A stretch of 64,000 nt of DNA from Octopus sinensis (Eukaryota): positions 8,990,001-9,054,000 of the forward strand of contig NC_043008.1 in assembly GCF_006345805.1 (NCBI RefSeq). Direction: 5' to 3'. The position numbers were made by a program, and so were the translations under genes. Positions 25,850-39,696 of the stretch are shown one piece after another (position 1 is the stretch's first letter; each line of letters opens with the position of its first letter). Under the pieces are notes generated by a model that was not told the DNA's origin, ran no database searches, and worked only from the letters and a program-made list of their open reading frames with translations.

Positions 25850-26040
25850 CAAATTTTGGCACAAGGCCAGCAAGCTTGCGAGATTACTTCAATTCCTGTT
25901 CTCAGTTCTTATTTTTTCGACCCCGAAAGGATAAAAGGTAAAGTGGACCTCGGTAAAATTTGAACTCAGAACGTGAAGATGCACGCAATACTGCGAAGCA
26001 TTTTGCCCGGCGTGTTAACGATTCTGCCAGTTCGAGGCCA
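25850..26040 (-). mobile_element. SINE family B, degenerate
   Basis: CGACCCCGAAAGGATAAAAGGTAAAGTGGACCTCGG...GAACTCAGAACG...CGATTCTGCCAG. Confidence 0.8.
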
Positions 26041-26153
26041 TACAATAGAGCGAAAATATGAAGTGGGCTTAACAGAAATCAATAAATTCAGATAATACGA
26101 GAAGCGCCTCTCTCAAATAAAGCCAGTTTGTACGTTAAAGGAAGACGTACATA

Positions 26154-26548
26154 TCTTTATATATAAAAGTGAAGTTGTGTGTCTGTCTCCTACGATTTAG
26201 ATTCCTAACTACTCCCACAATTTGCGGTGCAGTTTAACCAAAACCGGGTATCTTATAGTCGTGATTCATATGGAGCCCGTCTGGGTATTAGTGCGCGTCT
26301 ACGATGAGTCTACGATTTTTAAAAAATATTTAACATCATTTTTTCCATTTTAATGCATATTTTTTAAATATAAGGGAAGTAACTCTCTAAAAATGTCTAC
26401 GATGAGTCAACGATTTTTAAAAAAATTACCATCATTTTTTTTCCATTTTTAATGCATTTTTTTTGCTACTTTTTGGCTATAACTCTCTAAAAATGCTTAT
26501 ATTGTTATTTCCCTTACAAACCCGAGCAACGCCGGGCGATACTGCTAG
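26154..26548 (+). mobile_element. Non-autonomous Helitron
   Basis: A|TCTTTATATATAAAAG start, ends CCCGAGCAACGCCGGG-CGATACTG-CTAG|T. Its 3' end is identical to that of the 19750-20139 element. Confidence 0.88.
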
Positions 26549-27072
26549 TAATTTATATATATTTCCTGCAGTTTCAAATTTATGTTAAGAAAATAAGCGC
26601 GATACCATTGCCATCTAGTGAAACAACGTTGTTATTGAAAGGGAGATGAGTTTATAGACGTAAGAGAAGCAGCCAAAATTTTCGATAAATTTGATATATA
26701 CGTTCCGTGTGAAATAACTCGCTGAAGTTATCTCTGAGATATCTCTGGAATTAACGCCTATGCATAAGATAAATACGAAATTATAACACCTGTTAGAGAA
26801 CGTGTAGGGATACCAGTAACGAAGGAACACAACCAAGAAATCATCTTTTGTTACAATGGAATATTTTCCCCGTCCGTTGCACGTCACATACGATTGAGAC
26901 TAACGAGTAATGTAAACAAAACTTATGATTTTCCAAAATTATTCTACGACCAAATTATTAAAATGATAATTTTGGCGCCATGCAGGCTCCTAATTAATCG
27001 ATAATTATTCTAAACGTGAAACAATATAAAGCATAATTATGTAGAAAGTTGATTAATGCATATTCGATAATG

Positions 27073-27122
<50 letters not shown>

Positions 27123-27248
27123 ATATATAATATATATATATACATATATACACTATATACACATATATATATACATGCTCACACACACATACACACACAC
27201 ACATATATATATATATAACACATGCTCACACACACATACACACACACA

Positions 27249-27279
<31 letters not shown>

Positions 27280-27453
27280 CATGCGACGAAAATAGCAGAA
27301 ACACTGGTACCCATTCACATAATTTGTATATTTAGAGTACGTTTATGAATGGATCAATAAAGTGTGTGTATATGGTTATATTTATATACATACATATATA
27401 GGCGCACTTACATATATTCATACATACATGCACGCACGCACACACACACACAC

Positions 27454-27501
<48 letters not shown>

Positions 27502-27694
27502 AAGAGCAATAAAGATTCAAGTTAATTTAAAAGAATTTACTTGAATATGGTACCTAACTTAGATGCACCAAAAAAAACTATACTGATTTAACAATACAGT
27601 AATGTGGGGTGATATAAGCGAGAAAGAAGCAACAAGAATTATATATATAGCAATAATAATTCTCTAAACGAGATATAGACAGTAACTGCTCCAT

Positions 27695-27821
27695 CACATA
27701 AGGGACATTAGCCATTTGAATGTGGCTAGGGACAGGGCAGGACGGTGGGGGTGTTACTGATGCATTTAGCCCCAGGCGATCATCAACGTCACCAGATAGG
27801 GTCTCCCTCGCTATATTATGG

Positions 27822-27853
<32 letters not shown>

Positions 27854-28088
27854 ATATATATATATTATACCACATAAGGGACATTAGCCATTTGAATGTG
27901 GCTAGGGACAGGGCAGGGCGGTGGGGGTGTTACTGATGCATTTAGCCCCAGGCGATCATCAACGTCATCAGATAGGCTGACTGCTATTTCTAGCAATATA
28001 TGTGCTTGTAGCACGCACAATCACAATTAGTGATGGCTAAACTTTGCCTAGGCGGTTTATATTGCGTGCAGTTACCCACATTAATATT

Positions 28089-28142
<54 letters not shown>

Positions 28143-28635
28143 TGTGTGTGTGTCTGTGTGTGTGTGTGTGTATGTGTGTGTGTGTGCGTGCGTGTGTGTC
28201 AATGTTTATGTATAGTATTAAATGTATATTTGTCTATACCGTGATGGTGTCAGCCTATCTGGTGACGTTGATGATCGCCTGGGGCTAAATGCATCAGTAA
28301 CACCCCCACCGCCCTGCCCTGTCCCTAGCCACATTCAAATGGCTAATGTCCCTTATGTGGTATATATATATATATATACACATATATATATAGCGAGGGA
28401 GACACTTCCCATAAGAATGAAACTGGGCATTTCAGTGTTCTAGCTTCGCTTCGTTCGTAAGGCTGTTGTCTACCCTATCAGTATGGATAAATGTGTGTTT
28501 TTTCGCATCTATAAGTGGTTTAGCTGCTACTTCTAGCAATATATGTGCTTGTAGCATGCACAATCACAATTAGTGATGGCTAAATTTTGCCTAGGCGGTT
28601 TGTATTGCGTGCAGTTGCCCACATTGATATTATAC

Positions 28636-28703
<68 letters not shown>

Positions 28704-29623
28704 AATGTGTATGTATAGTATTAAATATATATTTGTCTATATATATATGCGGAGAATTCACAAAGAAACAAAAGGCGAAGACAGGTTGTTTACACAACAA
28801 AAAAGATGTATTAGTATAACGCTCGGGAATGGGAAAAGTCTTTAACGTTTCGAGCCTACGCTCTTCCAGAGATAGGCACAGAGAAAGAAACAAGGAGGAG
28901 AACAAGACGAGAACATAAAAAATGTGTAGTGGCTAGCGATCTATCATGGCGAAGGCCGGACTGAAGGGTTACACAGGAGAGCTAGGGGGAAGAGAGCTGT
29001 GTGCATTTATTATGCAGGAATTATGCATACGCAGACACACATATACGTGTGTGTATGTGTACGCTTGGGTGTTTGTGCCTTTTACGTGAGTGTGTGCGTG
29101 TGTGTGTGTGTATGTGTGTGTGTGTGCGTGCGTGTGTGTCAATGTTTATGTATAGTATTAAATGTATATTTGTCTATACCGTGATGGTGTCAGCCTATCT
29201 GGTGACGTTGATGATCGCCTGGGGCTAAATGCATCAGTAACACCCCCACCGCCCTGCCCTGTCCCTAGCCACATTCAAATGGCTAATGTCCCTTATGTGG
29301 TATATATTATATATATATATAATATATATATATATATATACACATATATATATAGCGAGGGAGACACTTCCCATAAGAATGAAAACTGGGCATTTCAGTG
29401 TTCTAGCTTCGCTTCGTTCGTAAGGCTGTTGTCTACCTATCAGTATGGATATAAATGTGTGTTTTTCGCATCTATAAGTGGTTTAGCTGCTACTTCTAGC
29501 AATATATGTGCTTGTAGCATGCACAATCACAATAGTGATGGCTAAATTTTGCCTAGGCGGTTTGTATTGCGTGCAGTTGCCCACATTGATATTATACTCT
29601 ATGTGTGGTGTGTGTGTGGTGTG

Positions 29624-29654
<31 letters not shown>

Positions 29655-30075
29655 TGTGTGTGTGTCAATGTGTATGTATAGTATTAAATATATATTTGTC
29701 TATATATATATGCGGAGAATTCACAAAGAAACAAAAGGCGAAGACAGGTTGTTTACACAACAAAAAAGATGTATTAGTATAACGCTCGGGAATGGGAAAA
29801 GTCTTTAACGTTTCGAGCCTACGCTCTTCCAGAGATAGGCACAGAGAAAGAAACAAGGAGAGAACATAAAAAATGTGTAGTGGCTAGCGATCTATCATGG
29901 CGAAGGCCGGACTGAAGGGTTACACAGGAGAGCTAGGGGGAAGAGAGCTGTGTGCATTTATTTATGCAGGAATTATGCATACGCAGACACACATATACGT
30001 GTGTGTATGTGTACGCTTGGGTGTTTGTGCCTTTTACGTGAGTGTGTGCGTGTGTGTGTGTGTGCGTGTGTGTGT
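27695..30075. repeat. Complex local duplication: ~105-bp module x4 (two direct, two inverted), ~105-bp second module x3, and ~950-bp tandem duplication
   Basis: Module CACATAAGGGACATTAGCC...CAGATAGG at 27695 and 27871 (+) and 28249 and ~29190 (-). 28100-29090 is repeated at 29090-30075. Confidence 0.92.
28740..28990 (-). mobile_element. Short PLE-like/retrozyme-like repeat with degenerate hammerhead (also at ~29710-29945 and ~47065-47240)
   Basis: Minus strand CTGGAAGAGCGTAGGCTCGAAACGTTAAAG; stem II GAGC/GCTC and GAAACGTT are retained but the CUGAUGA box is damaged. Confidence 0.6.
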
Positions 30076-31443
30076 GGATATGTCGGTAGGCAAGTGACCT
30101 TATAGTTAGGGTGTCGGACTAATGATCAAAACATGAGTTCTATTTCCGGACAGGGAAAAACACTTAATTCCACATTCCCATCTTCTTTATTGAAAATCAG
30201 AACCAGTCAAATAGTTTTCAGTTTGAATGGGAACTTTTTCTCGCTCTGATTTTCCAACGGAGAAAAAAAAAGAGTGGGATCTTCTGCCAGACAGTTTTAT
30301 AGTTTGCTGTTCACTCCTCAGAGAACATATATCCGACGACTTTCAATCAAGATCATAGAATATTCTTTTAACTTACAAAGCAACCATAAATTAGGCCAGT
30401 ACTGAAATGAACAGCTTAATTTACATTTTGTTCTTTTCAAAGTTCCTCGTCTGTTAAACATGATATAACTTACGTGCATCATAGCGTGAACAAGAATATC
30501 TGAAATGAACTGAAAACTGTGAGGGGTTTCGGGATGTGTGAAACACATACGTAAATACATTCTTTCGGTGCTAATCTGATTTGTGGTTCGCTTATTTTAT
30601 AGCTGAGTATTCTATTCCGTTGATTGATGATAGAAGCCGGGTACGTCGTCGCCAAGGAAAACCCAACAAAGCGTTATTCAATCCGTTAGAAACACCGCTA
30701 TTTTCGCATATCAAAGACATCGAGAAAATGTGGTGGCATTCCTAATTCACTCGGAGTTAAACGCCTTGTAATGTAGGAAATTCGATCAGTATTTCTTTTC
30801 GACTCTGCGTTGTGACATGCACATATGTGTGTGTGCGCGCGCTTTTATGTACGTGAGTGTGTGTGTGTGTTTGTGTTTGTGTCTGTGCGCGTGTATGTGT
30901 ATGAGTATGTCTCACACCCAGCGTTGGCTTGCTTACTTCCTAATAAATCAGAACAAGAGCCAGATATTAAAAAGTGTACAGTGCACAAGCATGGTCGCAG
31001 TCTAATGATTGAAACAAGTAGAAGATATATAGAAGTATATGTATATATAAATATAGATAGTTATGTCGATAGATAGATATGCATATATATATGTATATAT
31101 ATATACATATATATTTATCTATATATAAATATATAAATGCATGTATATGTTTAGTGGACCAAAAGTCACGCACCTGCATTAAAAATGATTTAATATATAT
31201 TGCATATTTCAAAAACAATGCTTCAGATTTAATTATAAATGACGAATATTTCGGTACGTGACTTTTGGCCCACCCTGCATGCACGTGTGTGTATGTGTAT
31301 GTGTATGTATATGCATGTATGTATGTATGTATGTATGTATGTATGTATGTATGTATGTATGTATGTATGTATGTATGTATGTATGTATGTATGTATGTAT
31401 ATATATATATATTATATTATATATATATTATATATATATATAT

Positions 31444-31475
<32 letters not shown>

Positions 31476-31989
31476 CATATATATATACGCTCGTCCGTTT
31501 AGACGTATGTCTTTGTGTTTATAGGAGCGTGTATGTGAGTGTGTGTATAAAAGACTATATTGCGAATGACTGTAGTCGGAGAGTTTGCGATACGAATTCG
31601 ATTCCTCTCCAGCTTTTACGATTCACTTACGTCATTAATGTTCTCGAGAACGGCATGAACATTACAAAATTTATTGAGCATATCTTCGTCGATCAATAGC
31701 ATTGATAGTTTATTGACGGATTCCTTTATTAACTTTATTGCTCTTTTACGTCGTTGCGCAATATAATATACATATATTCTCTCTACATAATATCTATAGA
31801 TAGGTATGAAGATAAATGGATCGATAGATTGAGTGGTAAGTAAATCGATGGAAAGGTAGATAGCAGGATGGTTACAAGATAGGGAGATAGACTGAGACGG
31901 AGACAGAGAGAGAGAATGCGAGACAAACATAGATACAGAGAGGTTTTAAAATAGGCAGACACACCTACAGGGGTGTAAAAATAGACAGA

Positions 31990-32558
<569 letters not shown>

Positions 32559-32852
32559 TCAGGTATGTTGGTAGCCATTTATCTAATCGACTATCTTATT
32601 TATGACTGCCAGGCCAAACCAGAGTTCACTGTTCTGTGTCGTTATTCTATTACTTCCTTTTAAAATGTATCTGTTCTGTCCTGTCTCCTCTTACAAAATT
32701 TTCCGTATCATTAACCTCTACATTTTCACTTCTCTATATTTTTCCCGCATTTTTTTCTTTTTTTACTTTCACTTTCACTTTCCCTTCTCTTTCCTTTCGC
32801 TCTCTTTCACAAGAGCAACCACTACTGATACTACTACTACTACTACTACTAC

Positions 32853-32889
<37 letters not shown>

Positions 32890-33565
32890 CTTGTTCGTTC
32901 TTAGGATTGCATTGTCAAATAGCCTTCTTTTCCATCTAATGCCCACAAGAAGCATCAACGGAAAAACAATAAAAGAACTAAAGAACGTTTTTCACTTGCC
33001 ACACATCAATGTAGCTAATAAATTTCCCTTGGCGAACACCCTGTCAACGAACACGATCTACATGTTGTAAGACAACAAGAAAATGTAGATGGATGACCAT
33101 AGCATGTGCCATCAATAAATATTAATTATTCAAATTGTTATCTCAGTGCCGCGAATGTCAGAACAACCTTAAAATGACAACTTCACAAACCCTCAATGCT
33201 TAACAGCCTCTCTAAAATATACAAAGGTTTATGGACCTTATCTTTTCATGTACTTCAACGTAATATTTACAATCGTGAGCAGGCTATTGCAGCTTAAAGT
33301 ATACGGGTTCGTTTATATTTGAATCGCTTCATTTAAAGTCTTTGTTATGGAGGAATTCAGTCCTTTTAAACAGAAAGCTCAGTCGTGACAGCGGTGTACA
33401 ATTGTCTGTTGGTTAAAGAGCTGTTTATATGTACATCATACGACGAGACCTAATCGTCATTATAACTCTTACACACTCACAAACGCACACAGACACAAAC
33501 ACTCATACACACTCACTCACACATATATGTATCTCTCTCTCTCTATATATATATATATATGTATA

Positions 33566-33606
<41 letters not shown>

Positions 33607-33607
<1 letters not shown>

Positions 33608-33815
33608 GGTGAGCTGGCAGAAACGTTTGTACGCCGGGGGAAATGCGTAGCAGTATTTCGTCTGCCGTTACGTTCTGAGTTCAAATTCCGCCATGGTCGA
33701 CTTTGCCCATCATCCTTTCGGGGTCGATTAAATAAGTACCAGTTACGCACTGGGGTCGATGTAATCGACTTAATCCGTTTGACTGTCTTTGTTTGTCCCC
33801 TTGTGCGTAGGAAAG
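33607..33815 (+). mobile_element. SINE family B
   Basis: GGTGAGCTGGCAGAAACG...GTCGACTTTGCCCATCATCCTTTCGGGGTCGATTAAATAAGTACCAG. Confidence 0.9.
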
Positions 33816-33853
33816 ATATATATATATATATGTGTGTGTGTGTGGTGTGTGTA

Positions 33854-33887
<34 letters not shown>

Positions 33888-34876
33888 CATGTATGTATGT
33901 GTGCGTGTGGGGAGAGAAAGAGATTATAATATTCATGATTTGTTGTTTCGATACGTTTACTGATCATTTAAATAGGAAATATGAAAAACAGGGGTTCGCA
34001 AGGGTTCGCAGAACAATGTATAAATTAGCTCGCCATATTTAATTTGGTCCCTGTACGCTCTGAGTTAAAACAAATATCAAACGCTTCCTGTGTTTGCATC
34101 AATAAACTACAGTACTTTCTTTTTAATGTTTGGCCTTTTGCCACTGAAAAGAATTCATTCATATGGTTACTGTCAGGTCCCCATAGTCGTATTTAGCATG
34201 ACGGACACTACGCTTAAACCGATATAGTGTACGGTAGAAAGGAAGAGCGGTAAATGAGATTATGTAACACTGACGCTTTTTGAAAGACTCTCGTGTAGCC
34301 AAATCAACAAACTGGCTAGAAAGCAACTAATGATGAGAAACTTACTGGTCAGTGTGACCCAGCTGCTATAGAACAGCTGGGTATACCTCCAACGCAAAAT
34401 TCTGACAGCAAGAATATAATTATGTAAGCACCCTGTTAAGTATACTATTGAAATTCTTATAATTAAAAGGAATTCAGTTTAGCGGAGATTATTTAAGTAT
34501 AAACTAAACATTCAAAAAGGTTGATTTGTGAATAGAAAATGTTGCTTCCGCAGGATTTCCGGCTAACCTCAGGCTGCATGAGTTATTTTCTTTATGAATA
34601 CTACATTTAATTCGTTGTTGTTGTTGTTGTTGATGATGATGATGATGATGTTTGTGGTGGTAGTGTTGTTGCTGTTGTTATTGGTTTGATTCAGTGTATT
34701 ACAACCATATATGCATGGCATGGTGACTTCATACAAGCTAAACAGCGATTGAACTTGCAGGTGGAGCACAGTTAGAATTTTCTTCAAGTTGTGTAGTAGC
34801 CTGTCCCGCTTAAAATAACCATAAACCAGGATTGTTTAAAGATGATGAACAAAATACCCATATATATATATATATA

Positions 34877-35149
34877 TCCGGAGATGAATTGTTCAGACCC
34901 AACGAATCCCTCTCAGCACGTGGCTATGATGCACCACCACTACTCCTGTTCGTGATTAGAGATGCACATATCGTGACATGGTCAACTGGTAAAGTCAAAC
35001 AACTGACAAGCAAATCTGTGGTATTGAGCAGAATATTTGCTGTAGCCCATCTTTTATACCAAGAAAAAACAATGTACATGATAACACTTCCAATCAGTTA
35101 AGATGAGAAGCCATGAGAGCCCTGTCTGGTACTGCATCAGGGCATTTTA

Positions 35150-35206
<57 letters not shown>

Positions 35207-35260
35207 ATCATATTATTATTATTATTATTATTGTGTATTATTAGTTATTATTATCTTATT

Positions 35261-35301
<41 letters not shown>

Positions 35302-35336
35302 CATTAATCATATTATTATTATTAATTATTATTATA

Positions 35337-35373
<37 letters not shown>

Positions 35374-35425
35374 TAATTATTTATATATTATATAATTATT
35401 ATTATTATTATTATTATTATTATTG
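34877..35425 (+). mobile_element. Probable non-LTR retrotransposon 3' UTR ending in a long (ATT)n tail
   Basis: Non-microsatellite segment ending ...GGTACTGCATCAGGGC immediately followed by ~280 bp of (ATT)n. The assignment is inferred from structure. Confidence 0.45.
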
Positions 35426-35725
35426 TGTAATGCGGCGTGCTGCCAGATCGTTAGCATACCGAACATAATGCTTCGAGGCATTTCGTCTGTCTTTACCTTC
35501 TGTGAGTGACAGAAAACACAGCGAACGGAATTCAGTCCGAATTACATCTACAACTCTGGACAGAATATGACATTTTTGCCTTTTTGGTTTTGTTACCTTT
35601 CGAGAATCAATTGTAGAATGTCAAAAAGTTTATGACACCAAATATATAAATCTATGTGTGAGGGGGTGGGAGATAGAGAGAGAGAAAGAAAGAAAGAAAG
35701 AAATAGAGAGAATGTGTGTACTTAC

Positions 35726-35790
<65 letters not shown>

Positions 35791-35852
35791 CGTACGTACA
35801 TATATACATGCATACATACATACATACATACATACATACATACATACATACA

Positions 35853-35883
<31 letters not shown>

Positions 35884-36630
35884 GGACAAATTTCTTTATT
35901 CAGATGTTTTAGTTTAAACAGGCTATGTTATTTGTGAGCATTTATTTTGTGATCATGAATCAATCCACTTTATTAATATTGAACAATCTTCAATATTTCC
36001 CCCTTCATCAGCTGTATTACCTGTCATTTTCTGCGTTCAATCAACATACCTTTCAGGCAGATGAGAGGATGTGTAATGAAATAAAGGATTGAAACCGATT
36101 GTGAAAATATTAGAATATTGCTTAAGGTTAACCTGTTTCTTTATTCTAAAACAATAATCTAATCACTTTAAGATGATGGGGACATAAGCCAGCATATCTC
36201 TGAAACATTCCGGGTCTTGGTGTCACGAGAGTTTTCTTGATTGTTAAATTACCACGAGTAATGGTAAATTTGTCAGAAGATCACATAACCACTGGGATGT
36301 TAGGGTTAGTGCTAAGACGAATTAGAGGGCCGGGTTATCTGTAATGATGCATACAAGGGGATTGATAATTTATAGTTGAAATGGAAGCAGATAAAAATAA
36401 AGGGACAGGAAAATTCCTCCGACCAAGAAGAAAAGATACAGAGAAAATGAAGAGGATAACTGAATGTGAGGCAAAATAAGAAGCACTTAGAAATGCACTT
36501 TGATACAAAATGCATAACAAACTGCGATGTATTGGTTTTTATATGGACACAAAGCATGTTGGTAAATGTTTAAATAAATTTCATCTGAATACAGAAGTAA
36601 GAACAATAGTTTAGCTCAGTATATTATAGG

Positions 36631-36735
36631 GCACATTCTGTTGTGTCTGGGGAGAGTCATTTTCTTTTTCGGTGAGTGTGTTAAATAATAAGGCACAAAA
36701 AGAAAATGACTCTCCCCAGACACAACAGAATATGC
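36631..36735. repeat. Near-perfect inverted repeat: 35-bp perfect arms, 27-nt loop
   Basis: ATTCTGTTGTGTCTGGGGAGAGTCATTTTCTTTTT (36635-36669) is the exact reverse complement of 36697-36731. Confidence 0.95.
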
Positions 36736-36864
36736 TTCAACACACGAACTCATATAAAGAATCTTGCGAACCAAATCCAAAAACGAAATTATAGGGCACG
36801 TTTCATCATAAAAAGATGGACGAAAGATAAAAAGAACAAAATAAAGTCATAAACTTGGTAAATA

Positions 36865-37305
36865 GAATCCTTTCTGTTATAGGTACAAAGCCTGTAATTT
36901 ATGGGTAAGGGCCAGTCGATTATATTGTCCCCAATGCTCAACTGGAACTTAATTTATCGACCCCGAAAGGATGAAAGGCAAAATCGACCTCGGCGGAATT
37001 TTAACCCAGGACGGACGAAATGCTGATAACTAAACGTTTTGTCCGGTGTGCTAACGGTTCTTATTTCTTTATTGCCCACAAGGGGCTAAACACAGAGGGG
37101 ACAAACAAGGACAGATAAAGGGATTAAGTCGATTACGTCGACCCCAGTGCGTAACTGGTACTTAATTTATCGAACCCGAAAGGATGAAAGGCTAAGTCGA
37201 CCTCGTAAACGACTTCGGCGGAATTTGAACTCAGAACGTAAAGACGAAGGAAATGGTGCTAAGCATTTTGTCCCTCGTGCTAACGATTCTGCCAGGTCAA
37301 CGCCT
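36865..37305 (-). mobile_element. Two adjacent SINE family B copies
   Basis: CCCGAAAGGATGAAAGGC...CGGCGGAATTT at ~36960 and ~37175. Confidence 0.88.
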
Positions 37306-37776
37306 TGAAACTCTGTAAAAGAGTGACAAACTAAATACTTTGAAATATAAACATTTCTCAATCAAGCGCCATTTCTGCTACTCTACTGCTCCTAAAACTA
37401 TTACTAATACTAATATAATTTCTATTAAAGCCACAATACCAGAACTTTGGTGGTACAGAACAGTTGATTATAGCAAGCCTAGTATAATGATTCCGGAAGG
37501 ATGAAGGATGAATATTTCTTCAGCAGGATTTTAACTCAGAAAGTAAAACGGTTGAAAGAAATATCACCGTAAGACAATATCCGGCACTCTTCTTCTCACC
37601 AAAGTTTTTTTATAATTTCAGCTCAAGGCCAGGAATTTACTTTTGCCATGTCTGTGTAGTTGTGATCCATGTGTCTAGTGTAACCTTATCAGACGGGGTA
37701 GTCATAGTGGTTATATAGGGCTTCGTATATTTTACCCCAGTGTCACATTGATGGCATGGGCTGCTCTCTCACTCAA

Positions 37777-37811
<35 letters not shown>

Positions 37812-37846
37812 ACAACAGCAGCAGCAACAGCCGTTCAAGAATTTGG

Positions 37847-37921
37847 ACCTGGAGATCTCCATTTCCAGTGACTTCGAGGGCCACCTCCCGGTGGTGCCAG
37901 GTGTCAACGAAGAGCCCTCGA
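37847..37921 (+). ncRNA. Candidate HDV-like self-cleaving ribozyme (minimal, lacking P4), probably the 5' end of a non-LTR retroelement
   Basis: P1 ACCTGGA/GCCAGGT (6 of 7 pairs), P2 TCGAGGGC/GCCCTCGA (8 bp), P3 ACC/GGT with L3 TCCCGGT, and J4/2 C-GAA, in the exact nested double-pseudoknot order. Confidence 0.6.
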
Positions 37922-38077
37922 CTACAACAAGACAACCAAAGTTTTTTCTTTTTCCAAGGTCTGGGGTCTCCCGCCCCTAAGCCCTAGACCATCTCCTAAT
38001 CACCCTTACCCGTCTTGTTGCTTAACAACAACAACAGCAGCAGCAGCAGTAGCAGCAGTAGCAGTAGCAGTAGCAGC

Positions 38078-38142
<65 letters not shown>

Positions 38143-39105
38143 CGAAAACTAAGATGAAACTAATAATAATGATAAACGTAATTTGCATCAAATAGCTGTA
38201 GGCACACTTTTTTGTTTTCTACTGGCAGTAATTCTCGTTAACTCATGAAAACAGATCTGTATAGATTATAATATATTGATAAGAGCTTATAAAACTGAAA
38301 TATATCTCCAAATGAGACCTACCCTCCTGATAAAGACCAGATTTTTCCTCTGAACATAAAAATAATTTTTTATGGAAAATCCTTGAATTAAAATTTCTTG
38401 AATGAATTAAACATTGTTTCTTTAAGAGTTGCCAACAATTACTGTTAGTTCTTTGGCTTATTTTGTTTTAATCTCTTTTGTTTCTCGAAATAAGAGGAAA
38501 TTTCATTTCATTAAAAAAAATGTTTTTGTGTCAGTCGTTCAATGCACCGCCATTTAACTGAATTATCCGAATTCATGTCGTTAACATTTTTTAATTTTTT
38601 TTTATTTTTTAGTTATTTCTAATTTACAGAATTATGCTTGTCAAAAAAACTCTTTTTCCTACTCGTCAAACTTTTGTCAGCAGATCAAAGCACATTTCAG
38701 TTGATAAGGCAATGTTGTTGAGTTCGAATAAGATCAAAACATGTCGGTAGCTGTCATCTGGACTACAAACAAACACTTATTTACGAATGAAAATTCAGTC
38801 TTATGTGAAAACGATTCTGGATTTCTTTGAATCTGTCTTTCTTTTTCTTTGAGAGTCGCAAACATTTTATCATTTCTCCAAATAACAGGAAAATCTTAAC
38901 TAAATAACAATGTTTGCGCACGTATTTCGATACATCGCTAATTGCCCCCAATAACACCAAATACGAGACGAACCCATAGGAATAAATAGAATAAAACCAC
39001 ACCTCACAACAAATCCGAGTTACCATTGAAGGGAATCTTACAAAGAAGGTCGCAAAGATCAGCGGGTGAATAATAATAATAATAATAACAATGGCAGCAG
39101 CATCA

Positions 39106-39414
39106 ACTCTTTTACTCTTTTACTTGTTTCAGTCATTTGACTGCGGCCATGCTGGAGCACCGCCAATAATAATGATAATCCTTTCTACTAGAAGCACAAG
39201 GCCTAAATTTCTTTTTCTTTTTTTTTTGGTGGGTGGGGTGGGCACTATATTCAGTTACATCGACTCCAGTGTTTCGCTGATACTTAATTTATCGACCCCG
39301 AAAGGATGAAATGCAAAGTGGACTTCAGCAGAGTTTGAACTCAGAGTGTGCAGGAGGACGAAATGCCGCTAAGCACTATGCCTGGCATCCTAACGATCCT
39401 GCCAGCTCGCTGTC

Positions 39415-39415
<1 letters not shown>
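39106..39415 (-). mobile_element. SINE family A tail fragment plus SINE family B copy
   Basis: TACTTGTTTCAGTCATTTGACTGCGGCCATGCTGGAGCACCGCC, then TTATCGACCCCGAAAGGATGAAA...CCTGCCAGCTCGC. Confidence 0.82.
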
Positions 39416-39479
<64 letters not shown>

Positions 39480-39512
39480 AATAATAACAATAATAATAAC
39501 AATAATAATAAC

Positions 39513-39575
<63 letters not shown>

Positions 39576-39696
39576 TAATAATAACAATAATAATAACAAT
39601 AATAATAATAATAATAATAATAAATAATAATAATAATATAATAATAATAATAATAATAATATAATAATAATAACAATAATAATAACAATAATAATA

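Noticed and set aside
36300-36310. TTAGGGTTAG telomere-like motif
   Set aside because: Fewer than two full units; expected by chance.
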